Assembly (NCBI GenBank): GCA_905236605.1
Contig: CAJORD010000168.1
Coordinates: 1-41,078 of the forward strand
DNA length: 41,078 nt
Direction: 5' to 3'
Origin: an uncultured Synergistales bacterium
GTDB taxonomy: Bacteria > Synergistota > Synergistia > Synergistales > Aminobacteriaceae
The number at the start of each line of letters is the position of its first letter. The stretch's first letter is position 1. The position numbers and the translations under genes are program-made. Shown here in pieces: positions 1 to 10,214 of this stretch. The notes beneath the pieces were generated by a model. That model was not told the DNA's origin and did no database searches. It was given only the letters and a program-made list of their open reading frames with translations.

Positions 1-2
1 AA

Positions 3-30
3 GTAGGAGTTAGGAATTAGGAAGTAGAAA
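3..30 (+). repeat. Heptad-phased purine-rich repeat array, copy A (GTAGGAG TTAGGAA TTAGGAA GTAGAAA)
   Basis: Four 7-nt phased units read directly. Positions 4-25 are identical to 1664-1685. Confidence 0.8.
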
Positions 31-37
31 GTATAAT
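10..37 (+). promoter_or_regulatory. Candidate sigma70-like promoter embedded in repeat copy A (TTAGGA - 16 nt - TATAAT)
   Basis: TTAGGA at 10-15 and TATAAT at 32-37 with a 16-nt spacer. No experimental support. Confidence 0.3.
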
Positions 38-73
38 TCTTAACTTCGTGCTTAGAACTTAAAAAAGAAATTT

Positions 74-107
74 TCTCCGTGGGATTAAAACCTGCGGAGA
101 TTTTTTT
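74..107 (+). terminator. Rho-independent terminator hairpin plus T7 run
   Basis: TCTCCGTGGG (74-83) pairs with CCTGCGGAGA (91-100), including 2 G-U pairs. The loop is ATTAAAA and TTTTTTT follows at 101-107. Confidence 0.65.
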
Positions 108-196
108 GTGCGTTAAGTTACGAGGAAATTCGCGCGTGAAAGTTGTAGAATAAAAAAAACGGATTTTTAATTTTTTATAAGGAAAGGTGATAGCCA

Positions 197-769
197 ATGA
201 ATTATGAAAATTCTGTAACACTCTCCGGACTGTTACACCATCTGAACAGAAAAAAAGATGACAAACATTTTGCTTTTTCAATCCGTCACGAAAATTTATG
301 GCCCGACGGAACAACTCGCAAAGATTTCCTTAACGCCCGCGCGTTCGCCGATGACGTTCAAGAAAAATTAAAATCTCTTGCCGAAAACACGCCGATAAAA
401 GTCAAAGGCTCCTTGAGAACTTCTAGCGGAAGTGGAGAATTATTTCTCGCCGTGTCTGAAGTCGAAGTCTTGACCGAAAAATTTGAGCTTGAAAATCTCG
501 TGAAGCTCACCGGCTACGTTCATCAAGTCAAAGCTCAAGCCGAGGGCGAAACAGGAACAGGAAAATATACGCGCTTCGCCGTTCGTCAGGAAACTCAAGA
601 CGCGGCCGGAAATTCAAGACGCGATTTTATAGTCGTTCGTGTTTATGATGAAGCCTTGCGTGCGACACTCGCAACTAAAAACGACGGCGATCCCGTCGAA
701 GTCGAAGGCACTTTGCGTTCGTCAAGAGGCAGCGGCGTCAATTACGTCCGATGCATCGCCATTAAGTAA
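197..769 (+). CDS. Tandem double OB-fold, SSB-like nucleic-acid-binding protein lacking an acidic C-terminal tail
   Basis: 190-aa ORF with an AAGGAAAGGTG SD-like sequence upstream. It has two homologous halves of about 90 aa (res ~5-93 and ~99-190). Both share the pattern V.L.G..H...F..R.E...R.DF...R...V.G.LR.S.GSG, typical of SSB-type OB folds. Confidence 0.55.
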   Translation: MNYENSVTLSGLLHHLNRKKDDKHFAFSIRHENLWPDGTTRKDFLNARAFADDVQEKLKSLAENTPIKVKGSLRTSSGSGELFLAVSEVEVLTEKFELENLVKLTGYVHQVKAQAEGETGTGKYTRFAVRQETQDAAGNSRRDFIVVRVYDEALRATLATKNDGDPVEVEGTLRSSRGSGVNYVRCIAIK

Positions 770-778
770 AAAATTAAA

Positions 779-1648
779 ATGGACATTCAGCGCCTTGAAG
801 ACAGAATCCGGGGACGATTAAATAATTTTCCCGCGAAGACTCGAAGAGTAGCAGAATATATTTTGGCGAACTCTTCGGAAATAGCTTTTCACTCAATCAG
901 CGAGACTGCCGAGAAATTGTCCGTTTCGCGCGCTCAGCTGGTCCGCGTTTCCAGAATGCTGGGTTTTGAGGGCTACGCTGACCTTAGGAACACGCTGAAA
1001 AAAAATTTAATGACGCAAGTTATTCCGTCGTCGGCAAAAACAGAACTCAAAAACGGTTCGGATTTAATTTCAGAGCTTTGCAGGCTAGAGCAAGCTAACA
1101 TCAATGAGACTTATAAAAATCTCATCATGAACACAAGCATAATAAAAGATTTCTGCGAGGCCGTCAAAAAATCCGACGCCGTTTACTGCATGGGCTGGGG
1201 CATCTCGTCTTTGCCGGCCGAATGGCTCTACACTCGATTTACTGAACTTGGTCTTAAAAGCGTCTTAATGCGGCGCGGCTCGCTTTCTTTAATTGAACAG
1301 GCACGGGGAATTAAAGCGAACGACATGTTAATTGTGTGTGAACTCCCGAGCTACGTTATCGAAGTCAACGAAGCCGTTAAAAAAATTTCTTCCGAAGGGA
1401 CTTGCGTCGCAACAATCACAGACAGCCCCGCGGCTCCCGTGTGTACGTATTCAAAATTGAATTTTTATGTCAGCGATCAGTCGCCATTATTCGGAAGCAG
1501 CTTAATCGGTTCGATGTTCACCGTTCACGTTTTAACTTCGGTGCTCGCTCAAAACATGGGCAAAGAAGGCAAAAACGCTCTTGAAACTCAAAAAGAAAAT
1601 CTAAAAGATAAGCGCGTCTATTATCCGTCTTACGGATTGAGATACTAA
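779..1648 (+). CDS. MurR/RpiR-family transcriptional regulator (HTH_6 + SIS domain)
   Basis: N-terminal RpiR HTH (RRVAEYILANSSEIAFHSISETAEKLSVSRAQLVRVSRMLGFEGYADLR). C-terminal SIS-like region. The start is 9 nt after the upstream stop. Confidence 0.85.
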   Translation: MDIQRLEDRIRGRLNNFPAKTRRVAEYILANSSEIAFHSISETAEKLSVSRAQLVRVSRMLGFEGYADLRNTLKKNLMTQVIPSSAKTELKNGSDLISELCRLEQANINETYKNLIMNTSIIKDFCEAVKKSDAVYCMGWGISSLPAEWLYTRFTELGLKSVLMRRGSLSLIEQARGIKANDMLIVCELPSYVIEVNEAVKKISSEGTCVATITDSPAAPVCTYSKLNFYVSDQSPLFGSSLIGSMFTVHVLTSVLAQNMGKEGKNALETQKENLKDKRVYYPSYGLRY

Positions 1649-1655
1649 AAGGCAA

Positions 1656-1690
1656 GTAGAAACTAGGAGTTAGGAATTAGGAAGTGAGAA
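1656..1690 (+). repeat. Heptad-phased purine-rich repeat array, copy B (GTAGAAA CTAGGAG TTAGGAA TTAGGAA GTGAGAA)
   Basis: Five 7-nt phased units. Positions 1664-1685 are identical to 4-25. Confidence 0.8.
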
Positions 1691-1716
1691 ATTTTTTCCC
1701 GCTTCCTAATTTTTTT
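1677..1716 (+). terminator. Terminator-like hairpin using the last repeat unit as its 5' arm
   Basis: TTAGGAAG (1677-1684) pairs with CTTCCTAA (1702-1709) across a 17-nt loop, followed by a T7 run at 1710-1716. It lies between convergent genes. Confidence 0.45.
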
Positions 1717-1724
1717 ATGAAAAA

Positions 1725-3542
1725 TTAAATTTGGTTCACAGTTATTGAGCTTATCGCGTTGTTCTTGTCTAGCTGAACGCTTATGCCCGTCTTAGAGCCT
1801 TCGTTATATTGCAAAATTTTATTGCTTAATCCCGAAGGATACCCCATAATCTGAAGCAAAGCCGTTTGGCTCATTCCGACCTTGAGGCCGTTTTGAAGTT
1901 CGCGGCTCGAATTTGTAACTCGGATTCGCGTTAACGTATCGTTCTTAAACGTCGCTGTTAGGCCCGGCCACTCCGCAGTCGTCGAAGTGTTTCGCGTCGG
2001 TTGGCCAAGAGCGTCGATTAATTGCTGCTTGTTGTTCCCGAAAGATTTTAATAACGCGTTCGAGTATCCTGACGGTATCCCGGAGCCAAGCGGCTGAACA
2101 TAACGTCCGTAAATCCAGCCTTCCTTGCCGCCGGTCGTTACATTATACCAGATCCCCTGATACTGTCCCGAAGTTACGTTATAAGTGCCAATGATTTCAA
2201 CTTTGCTGCTGACGTTTAAGCGAGCGACTCTGTTTGAAGTTGTTGAGTGATCCGCACGAACATTTACATTACTGCCTACGACCATTCCGGTTTTGGGCTC
2301 GCGTTCGGGCGTGAAGTTCGGCAATATGTTTGAATCAATCTTGCTGCCGGGCACGGCGATATTCTCATCTTGAACTACGACCGGCTTTGAAGGCGAGGGC
2401 GAAGGTGAAGGCGTCGCGTTGTTCTTTGTCTTCTCTTGCGAATTAATAACGGTATCTCTCGCAATGGGAGGCAATTCTCCGGGCGGGAGCTTACGAAGGC
2501 CGAGCAGGAAGTACAAACCGCCACCGAGTGCCGCGACAAGGACAAGCATACTTAAAATTTTTCGACCGGTTGAACGTTTTGGCTTTTTGGATCGGCGCGT
2601 GTACTTTGAAAATTTTTGATACGACGACGCCGCGGCGTTGATGTTGCTATTTACTCTTTGACGCGTGTCAATGTCTTGAAATTCCTGATACTCATCTCTC
2701 TTGGGTTTCACAAATACCTTTGGATTCCCCGTCTGTGTACTCATATCATCACCATCATTTGCAATAAAATTTGTATCGTTCATGGCAAAACTGATATCAG
2801 GCTCAGGATCGCCAGGATTTACATTCTTAATTTCACTTACCGAAGGCGCGGCGGCCTGTGCTTCAAGCAATTCTTCGGCCGGAACTAAAAGAGCCGTTCC
2901 GCAAGTGGAACAAAATCGCGCTTCGCGTGCAACGGTTGCGCCACAAGTCGGACAAGTTTTTGACATTCGCCGCCTTAATTTCGGAGGCTCGTTATTAACG
3001 ACAGGCACACCGACATCAGCATCAAGGACGGGAGCGTTTATAATGGCGTTTAGTTCAGGTGACGGCGCGTGAGGGAGACCGCCCTGAAGATAATCAATTT
3101 CGTTTTCTTCTTCCTCATAATTTTCGCTCGTGTTGCCGAGATAATATTGCGGCGTCTGTGGCATTGGCTCGGCGTTGTCTTCTGGTTCTTCGTCCTCGTA
3201 AATAAAATCTTCGTAGTCGTCATGTCGATCCGGCTTCAAGAAGAAACACAACAGAGTCGCGAAGAAATAAATTCCGCCGTATAGCCACATGTCCTTCGAC
3301 GGGACGCAAAGACCTCCGGCAATTATGAGAAACAAAGCTCCCCATTTGTTTTTATTGAATGCGATTATGCCGCCGATTAGCGCAAAGATTGCTGACACGA
3401 CCGGCAGGCAGGCAAGAATTGTAGTGGAAACTTCAAATAGTGCTCCGGTGTTTACTGAAAGTGTTCCGAACAACATAAAGACGCCTTGTATTATCGACGT
3501 TATCGAAGCACCTAGTGTAAGTGCCAAAATAACCCAGCTCAT
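1725..3542 (-). CDS. Multi-domain membrane protein: N-terminal TM bundle, acidic linker, zinc ribbon, TM helix, Pro/Ser linker, SH3b domain, C-terminal domain of unknown function
   Basis: CPTCG...CSTCG zinc ribbon. SPSPSPSPS linker. SH3b-like GMVVGSNVNVRADHS...GWIYGRYV. I prefer the ATG at 3542 because the GTG at 3557 directly abuts the SD. Confidence 0.7.
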   Translation of the reverse strand: MSWVILALTLGASITSIIQGVFMLFGTLSVNTGALFEVSTTILACLPVVSAIFALIGGIIAFNKNKWGALFLIIAGGLCVPSKDMWLYGGIYFFATLLCFFLKPDRHDDYEDFIYEDEEPEDNAEPMPQTPQYYLGNTSENYEEEENEIDYLQGGLPHAPSPELNAIINAPVLDADVGVPVVNNEPPKLRRRMSKTCPTCGATVAREARFCSTCGTALLVPAEELLEAQAAAPSVSEIKNVNPGDPEPDISFAMNDTNFIANDGDDMSTQTGNPKVFVKPKRDEYQEFQDIDTRQRVNSNINAAASSYQKFSKYTRRSKKPKRSTGRKILSMLVLVAALGGGLYFLLGLRKLPPGELPPIARDTVINSQEKTKNNATPSPSPSPSKPVVVQDENIAVPGSKIDSNILPNFTPEREPKTGMVVGSNVNVRADHSTTSNRVARLNVSSKVEIIGTYNVTSGQYQGIWYNVTTGGKEGWIYGRYVQPLGSGIPSGYSNALLKSFGNNKQQLIDALGQPTRNTSTTAEWPGLTATFKNDTLTRIRVTNSSRELQNGLKVGMSQTALLQIMGYPSGLSNKILQYNEGSKTGISVQLDKNNAISSITVNQI

Positions 3543-3603
3543 TTTTCCTTCTTTCACTCCTTAATAAAAATTTTCATTATTATACATACTTTATAGTTTG
3601 GAA

Positions 3604-3624
3604 CTAGGAAGCAGGAAGTAGAAA
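3604..3624 (+). repeat. Heptad-phased purine-rich repeat array, copy C (CTAGGAA GCAGGAA GTAGAAA)
   Basis: Three phased 7-mers. AAGTAGAAA (3616-3624) pairs with TTTCTACTT (3638-3646), which overlaps the last codons of the sua5 gene. Confidence 0.7.
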
Positions 3625-3633
3625 CAAAAAATT

Positions 3634-5719
<2,086 letters not shown>

Positions 5720-5738
5720 TTATTTTCTCCAAAATTTT

Positions 5739-5948
5739 TTATGCGTACATTAATTTAGAATTACTGTATGGAACTTCGCGGCCAAGTAGCTCTGAAGTTT
5801 CTAGCCATTCAGTTATAATAACTTCAGAATTTTTTAATGCCTCTTCGGGGGTTGCACCGTCTGCCATACAGCCTGGAAGCTCTGGAACTTCAACCAAAAA
5901 TTTTCTGTCATCGTCAGACCAATAAATTATTTTTGTGTATCTATTCAT
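5739..5948 (-). CDS. hicB: HicB-family antitoxin (short, no DNA-binding domain)
   Basis: 69 aa. HicB/UPF0150 pattern YWSDDDRKFLVEVPELPGCMADGATPEEAL. Confidence 0.8.
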   Translation of the reverse strand: MNRYTKIIYWSDDDRKFLVEVPELPGCMADGATPEEALKNSEVIITEWLETSELLGREVPYSNSKLMYA

Positions 5949-5966
5949 AAAGGCATCTCCTCAAAT

Positions 5967-6215
5967 TTATACACTCAACTTGTATTTCAGAATAATGTTG
6001 CGCACCTGCTTAACTTGATATGATTTAGCCTTGTTACCGTCAGATTGTATATTGATGATTTCTTCAATTCCATCTTTCCAATATATAAAATGGCTCCCTT
6101 TCGTTCGATGATTAAAACCAAGTGTATCCAAAAGTTTTTGTAAATCAGAAAACGCAATATTATTATCCTTAACGCCGCTTAAAACGTCAAAAAGGATTTT
6201 CACAATAGGCGGCAA
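5967..6215 (-). CDS. hicA: HicA-family mRNA interferase toxin
   Basis: 82 aa. Pattern LLDTLGF..RTKGSHFIY with the catalytic His context. It lies 18 nt upstream of hicB, the usual hicA-hicB order. Confidence 0.7.
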   Translation of the reverse strand: MPPIVKILFDVLSGVKDNNIAFSDLQKLLDTLGFNHRTKGSHFIYWKDGIEEIINIQSDGNKAKSYQVKQVRNIILKYKLSV

Positions 6216-6217
6216 AA

Positions 6218-7000
6218 TTATTCACTCCGTTGTTGCAAATTTTTTCTGTAAAAAAATTTTTCAAAATTGCTCTCAATGATTTTTTCAAGTTCTTCGATGT
6301 TCAAATTTCTTTCCTGCGCGGCGCGTTCGTAAACAAATTTTATGAAAGACGGTTCGTTCGTTTTGCCCCGTAACGGCGCAGGAGCCATGTATGGGCAATC
6401 AGTTTCAAGCAAAATTCTATCGTTCGGTGTCCTGCGGAAGACTTCGCGCAGTTCGTCCGAGGCTTTACCCTTCCATGTTAAAGCACCGCCGAAAGCACAC
6501 AGGCCGCCCATCTCTAAAACTTCATCTAAAAATTTCAAGCCGCCTGCGTAACAGTGAAAAAGCAATTTCAAATTCGTGTGTTTTTGCAAAATTTTCATAG
6601 CGTCGTCTATGGCTTCACGAATATGCAAAATCACGGGCATGTTATTTTCTTCCGCGAATTTTAATTGACACTCGAACATTTCAGCTTGAATATCACGCGG
6701 CGACAAGTCGTAATGATAATCTAATCCAATCTCACCGACCGCAACGACTCTTTCATCACGAATTAATTTATAAAATTCTTCGGGAATGTCTGAATAACGT
6801 TTTGCTTCGTGCGGGTGAATGCCGACTGACGCAAAAAAATTAAATTCATGAGCGAGTTTGATAGCTTCGAGACTGTCATCTAAATCACAGCCGACGATAA
6901 CCATTTTATTGACTCCGGCTTCGGCAGCTCGTGAAACAACTTCGGCGGCCTGCGTTCGTAAATCCTCGGAATTAATATGACAATGTGAATCTATAAGCAT
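6218..7000 (-). CDS. tatD: TatD-family metal-dependent hydrolase/DNase
   Basis: MLIDSHCH N-terminus and conserved His/Asp positions. 260 aa. Confidence 0.9.
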   Translation of the reverse strand: MLIDSHCHINSEDLRTQAAEVVSRAAEAGVNKMVIVGCDLDDSLEAIKLAHEFNFFASVGIHPHEAKRYSDIPEEFYKLIRDERVVAVGEIGLDYHYDLSPRDIQAEMFECQLKFAEENNMPVILHIREAIDDAMKILQKHTNLKLLFHCYAGGLKFLDEVLEMGGLCAFGGALTWKGKASDELREVFRRTPNDRILLETDCPYMAPAPLRGKTNEPSFIKFVYERAAQERNLNIEELEKIIESNFEKFFYRKNLQQRSE

Positions 7001-7944
7001 GATTTTATATTTATAATCTCTGGTTCAAAATTTTTCTTCGTGTAATAAATCTCTCTTACGCGGTCAAGAAATTTTTTTTCTTCAAGTGTCTTTAATTTGA
7101 AAATTTCTTCGCAAGTTTCAATATCGTGATTTATTTGCGTCATTAGGGCTTCGCGAGTTTCAAAAGTTTCAATTCCCCGGACGCGGCCTAAAAATAAAAT
7201 TAAAAGTTCAGAGCCGTAAATATCGCCGTGAAAATCCGTTATAAAAACTTCCGCGCGAGTTTCGTGGACATCTCCGAACGTCGGATTATTGCCGATTGAT
7301 AAAGCTCCGCAGTGCCATTCGTGATTAATTAAAACCGCTGTGCTATAAACGCCGTCCGCCGGGACGATTCGATTTTTAAGATTTATATTCGCCGTCGGAA
7401 AATTCATAGTGCGGCCGCGTGCGTTACCATGAACGACATCGCTAATCATGAAAAACGGATAGCCAAGAATTTTTTGAACATCTTCGACGTCGCCGGAAGA
7501 AATTTTTTCGCGTGCCTGAGTGCTTGAATAAATTTTTTTGTCGAAGAGTTCCAATTTGAAAATTTTGATTCTTCCGCCGCAAATTTTTTCGAGTGAGTCG
7601 GCGTTGCCAAGTCTTTCGCGTCCGAAATGAAAATCGCTACCCGCTACAATCCCGTCAACATGAAAATTTTTTACGAGAACATTAATAAATTCTTCGGCAC
7701 TTAGATTCTTGAAAGCTTCGTCGAACTTAAAAACTAAAAATTTCGGGACTTCAAAAATTTCAGCAAGAAAGCCGCGCTCGTTCAGCGTGAACATAGAGTG
7801 ATTTAATTTTCTCATGTACTCTGACGGGTGCGGCGAGAACGTTACTATGCCCCAATCGTTATTTTGTGAATTTTGGCGGCAGACTTCAAATAATTTTTCG
7901 TGGCCTTTGTGGAAGCCGTCAAACGAGCCAATCGTAATTAACAT
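6991..7944 (-). CDS. ribF: Bifunctional riboflavin kinase / FMN adenylyltransferase
   Basis: N-terminal GSFDGFHKGH and C-terminal GRTMNFPTANI. The truB-ribF synteny is present. Confidence 0.9.
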   Translation of the reverse strand: MLITIGSFDGFHKGHEKLFEVCRQNSQNNDWGIVTFSPHPSEYMRKLNHSMFTLNERGFLAEIFEVPKFLVFKFDEAFKNLSAEEFINVLVKNFHVDGIVAGSDFHFGRERLGNADSLEKICGGRIKIFKLELFDKKIYSSTQAREKISSGDVEDVQKILGYPFFMISDVVHGNARGRTMNFPTANINLKNRIVPADGVYSTAVLINHEWHCGALSIGNNPTFGDVHETRAEVFITDFHGDIYGSELLILFLGRVRGIETFETREALMTQINHDIETCEEIFKLKTLEEKKFLDRVREIYYTKKNFEPEIINIKSCL

Positions 7945-7950
7945 TTTTCA

Positions 7951-8829
7951 TCAAAATTTCGGGACAATGACTTCGGGTTTTATAAAATCATAACCCGCGA
8001 ACGTCCCGAAGCCTAAAAAATTTTCGCCTTCGACGCAAATATAATTTTTAATCGTAACGCCGCGGCTAAAACTTTCAGCGTGATTTAATAATATGCTCAA
8101 GCCGTTCATAAAACTTTTTTCATCGCGAGTGCCGATTTTAATTCGCGTGAAGTTCTTCGCAAGCTCTGAAAGATCCGTGATTTTATAAACTTTGTCGCCG
8201 GGGTCGTTGGCGTCCTCGATTTTGAAATTTCCGACGGCCAAGCGCTCTAATTTTTTAACATGCGCTCCGCAGTTCATGATTTCGCCGAGGTCGTGAGCAA
8301 GACTGCGGATATAAGTTCCGCGTCCGCAGGAGATTTCAAGCTCTACAGTTCCGTCATCAGGATTAAACGGCGTCAAAATTTTTATTTTTCTGAAGAACAC
8401 CGGCCGCGATTTCATTTCGACATCTTGCCCCGCGCGCGCTAATTGATAAGCTGCCCGGCCTTCGATTTTGATTGCAGACACCGCCGGAGGAGTTTGAAGC
8501 CTAACGCCCACGAACGAGTATAAAGAGTCATAAAAAAATTTTTCGTCAAAATTTGCGAAGCCGCGTTCAGAAATTACTTCGCCGGAATAATCGTAAGTGT
8601 TTGTTTCGACTCCGAACTGAATAACGACGCGATAAACTTTCGGCAGCGACATAATAAACTCGCTGAAGCGCGTTGCGTGTCCAGTTACTAGGACTAAAAG
8701 CCCTGAAGCCGTTGAATCGAGCGTGCCTGAATGTCCGACTTTAAGGCCAGCTAATTTTTTTTTCGCCGAGCCGACGCAGGAAGTACTGCGAGCGCCCTCA
8801 GGTTTGTTAATTAGAATTAGCGCATTCAT
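7951..8829 (-). CDS. truB: tRNA pseudouridine(55) synthase
   Basis: Catalytic motif GHSGTLDSTASGLLVL. Confidence 0.95.
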   Translation of the reverse strand: MNALILINKPEGARSTSCVGSAKKKLAGLKVGHSGTLDSTASGLLVLVTGHATRFSEFIMSLPKVYRVVIQFGVETNTYDYSGEVISERGFANFDEKFFYDSLYSFVGVRLQTPPAVSAIKIEGRAAYQLARAGQDVEMKSRPVFFRKIKILTPFNPDDGTVELEISCGRGTYIRSLAHDLGEIMNCGAHVKKLERLAVGNFKIEDANDPGDKVYKITDLSELAKNFTRIKIGTRDEKSFMNGLSILLNHAESFSRGVTIKNYICVEGENFLGFGTFAGYDFIKPEVIVPKF

Positions 8830-9844
8830 TATATTTTTTCATGATTAATTTTTCTAATTCGTTCATGGCGTCGTCGATTGAACATTCGAGTTTTGCTCCT
8901 GCTGCTCGCTCATGGCCTCCGCCGCCCAACGGTCTAGCGAACTCTCCAGCGCCAAAAGGGCTGCCTTCTCGTGAACGAATGCTTAATCTTATTTCGCCTG
9001 TCGGATATTCTGTGATTGTCGAAATGAATTTCACTCCGCGAATCGTCATGAACATGCTCGAAAGTCCCTCCGTGCCCGTCATATCCGCGCCGGTCTCTTC
9101 AAAGTCAGATTTTTTCAAAACCGTGATTGCAAAAATATTTTCCGGCCCGAACATCTTCACACGCGACATAGCGCGCGACCATAAAAGAAAATCCGCGGGA
9201 GTTTTATTTTGGCTTATTAAGTCGCTCATTCGGTCAGGTTCGATTCCAAACTTGATTAACTCGGCTGCGATTTCATGAGTTAAAGCTGTCGTGTTTGAAA
9301 AAGAAAAACCGCCCGTGTCTGTGAAAATTCCAGTGTAAAGGCTCTTGGCCATATCCATTGTAATTTCCCAACCGCCGGCCTTGAAAACGCGATATAACAT
9401 TTCGCAAGTCGAAGACGCTTTCCCGTCAACGCAATTCACGCGCCCGAACAAAGTATTATCTTCATGATGATCAATATTAAGAACGTTGATAGTGTTCCCG
9501 GCTTCTAGGCCAAGAGTCCCGCGCTCTTCGTTTGAACAATCAAGAAAGACATAAAGAACATCATCAAGATTTTCAAAATTAAAATTTTCGTGCGTCTCAT
9601 GAAGTTCATAGCCGGGGAGATATTTATAAGCGTCAGAAAGTTTTTCGTCAGGATTAATCCAGATTGCGTTTTTGTCTAAAGTCTTTGCGGCGGCACATAA
9701 AGCGGAAGTGGAGCCGAGCGCGTCCCCGTCGGCTTTCTTGTGAGTGAAAATTTTCCACGTCCCAAAATTTTTTAACGTCGTTGACGCGCTGATTAAATCT
9801 TCCGGATTAAATTTCGTCGTTATCGGTGTCTGTATCTTCATCAT
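8807..9844 (-). CDS. nrnA: DHH/DHHA1 phosphoesterase (NrnA-like oligoribonuclease / pAp phosphatase)
   Basis: DHH motif NIDHHEDN and DHHA1 motif GGGGHERAAG. It sits in the rbfA-truB slot. Confidence 0.8.
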   Translation of the reverse strand: MMKIQTPITTKFNPEDLISASTTLKNFGTWKIFTHKKADGDALGSTSALCAAAKTLDKNAIWINPDEKLSDAYKYLPGYELHETHENFNFENLDDVLYVFLDCSNEERGTLGLEAGNTINVLNIDHHEDNTLFGRVNCVDGKASSTCEMLYRVFKAGGWEITMDMAKSLYTGIFTDTGGFSFSNTTALTHEIAAELIKFGIEPDRMSDLISQNKTPADFLLWSRAMSRVKMFGPENIFAITVLKKSDFEETGADMTGTEGLSSMFMTIRGVKFISTITEYPTGEIRLSIRSREGSPFGAGEFARPLGGGGHERAAGAKLECSIDDAMNELEKLIMKKYNECANSN

Positions 9845-10214
9845 TTTCTTCTAAATCGTTTTTGTTGTCCGCGCCGAAGCCAAGACTTTCTAAAATTTTG
9901 TCAATCTTTGCTCCGTACTCGCTGCTCTTGTCGATTATGAATTCAAGCGCAGGAACTCGACGCAGCTTTATAGATTGTCCGAGCATTCCGCGAATAGCGC
10001 CTTTAACTTCGGTTAAGTCCTTCAAAATTCCCGGACATTTTCGAGCTTCAAGCGCCGTGAAAAAAACTTTTGCGCGCTCTAAATCCTTCGTACACTCGAC
10101 GCCAGTTATAATCGCGGCTTTGACGCTCTCTTTTTGAATCCGAGTTTCAATTATCAGAGCTATTTCGCGCTGAAGCTGCTTGTTAATGCGCGACATTCTT
10201 AAATTGCTGCTCAT
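9807..10214 (-). CDS. rbfA: Ribosome-binding factor A
   Basis: RINKQLQREIALII N-terminus, KH-like core, and position immediately downstream of infB. Confidence 0.9.
   Translation of the reverse strand: MSSNLRMSRINKQLQREIALIIETRIQKESVKAAIITGVECTKDLERAKVFFTALEARKCPGILKDLTEVKGAIRGMLGQSIKLRRVPALEFIIDKSSEYGAKIDKILESLGFGADNKNDLEENDEDTDTDNDEI

Noticed and set aside
639-1584. ORFs 639-821 (+) and 1402-1584 (+), out of frame within the OB-fold and RpiR genes.
   Set aside because: They overlap better-supported genes on the same strand in alternative frames, and their composition is Arg/Ser-rich and shadow-like.
2419-3564. Plus-strand ORFs (2419-2619, 2616-2888, 2701-3072, 3069-3284, 3289-3564) opposite the 605-aa membrane-protein gene.
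   Set aside because: They form a tiled antisense series with no SD sequences or recognisable domains. The minus-strand ORF has coherent TM, zinc-ribbon and SH3b architecture.
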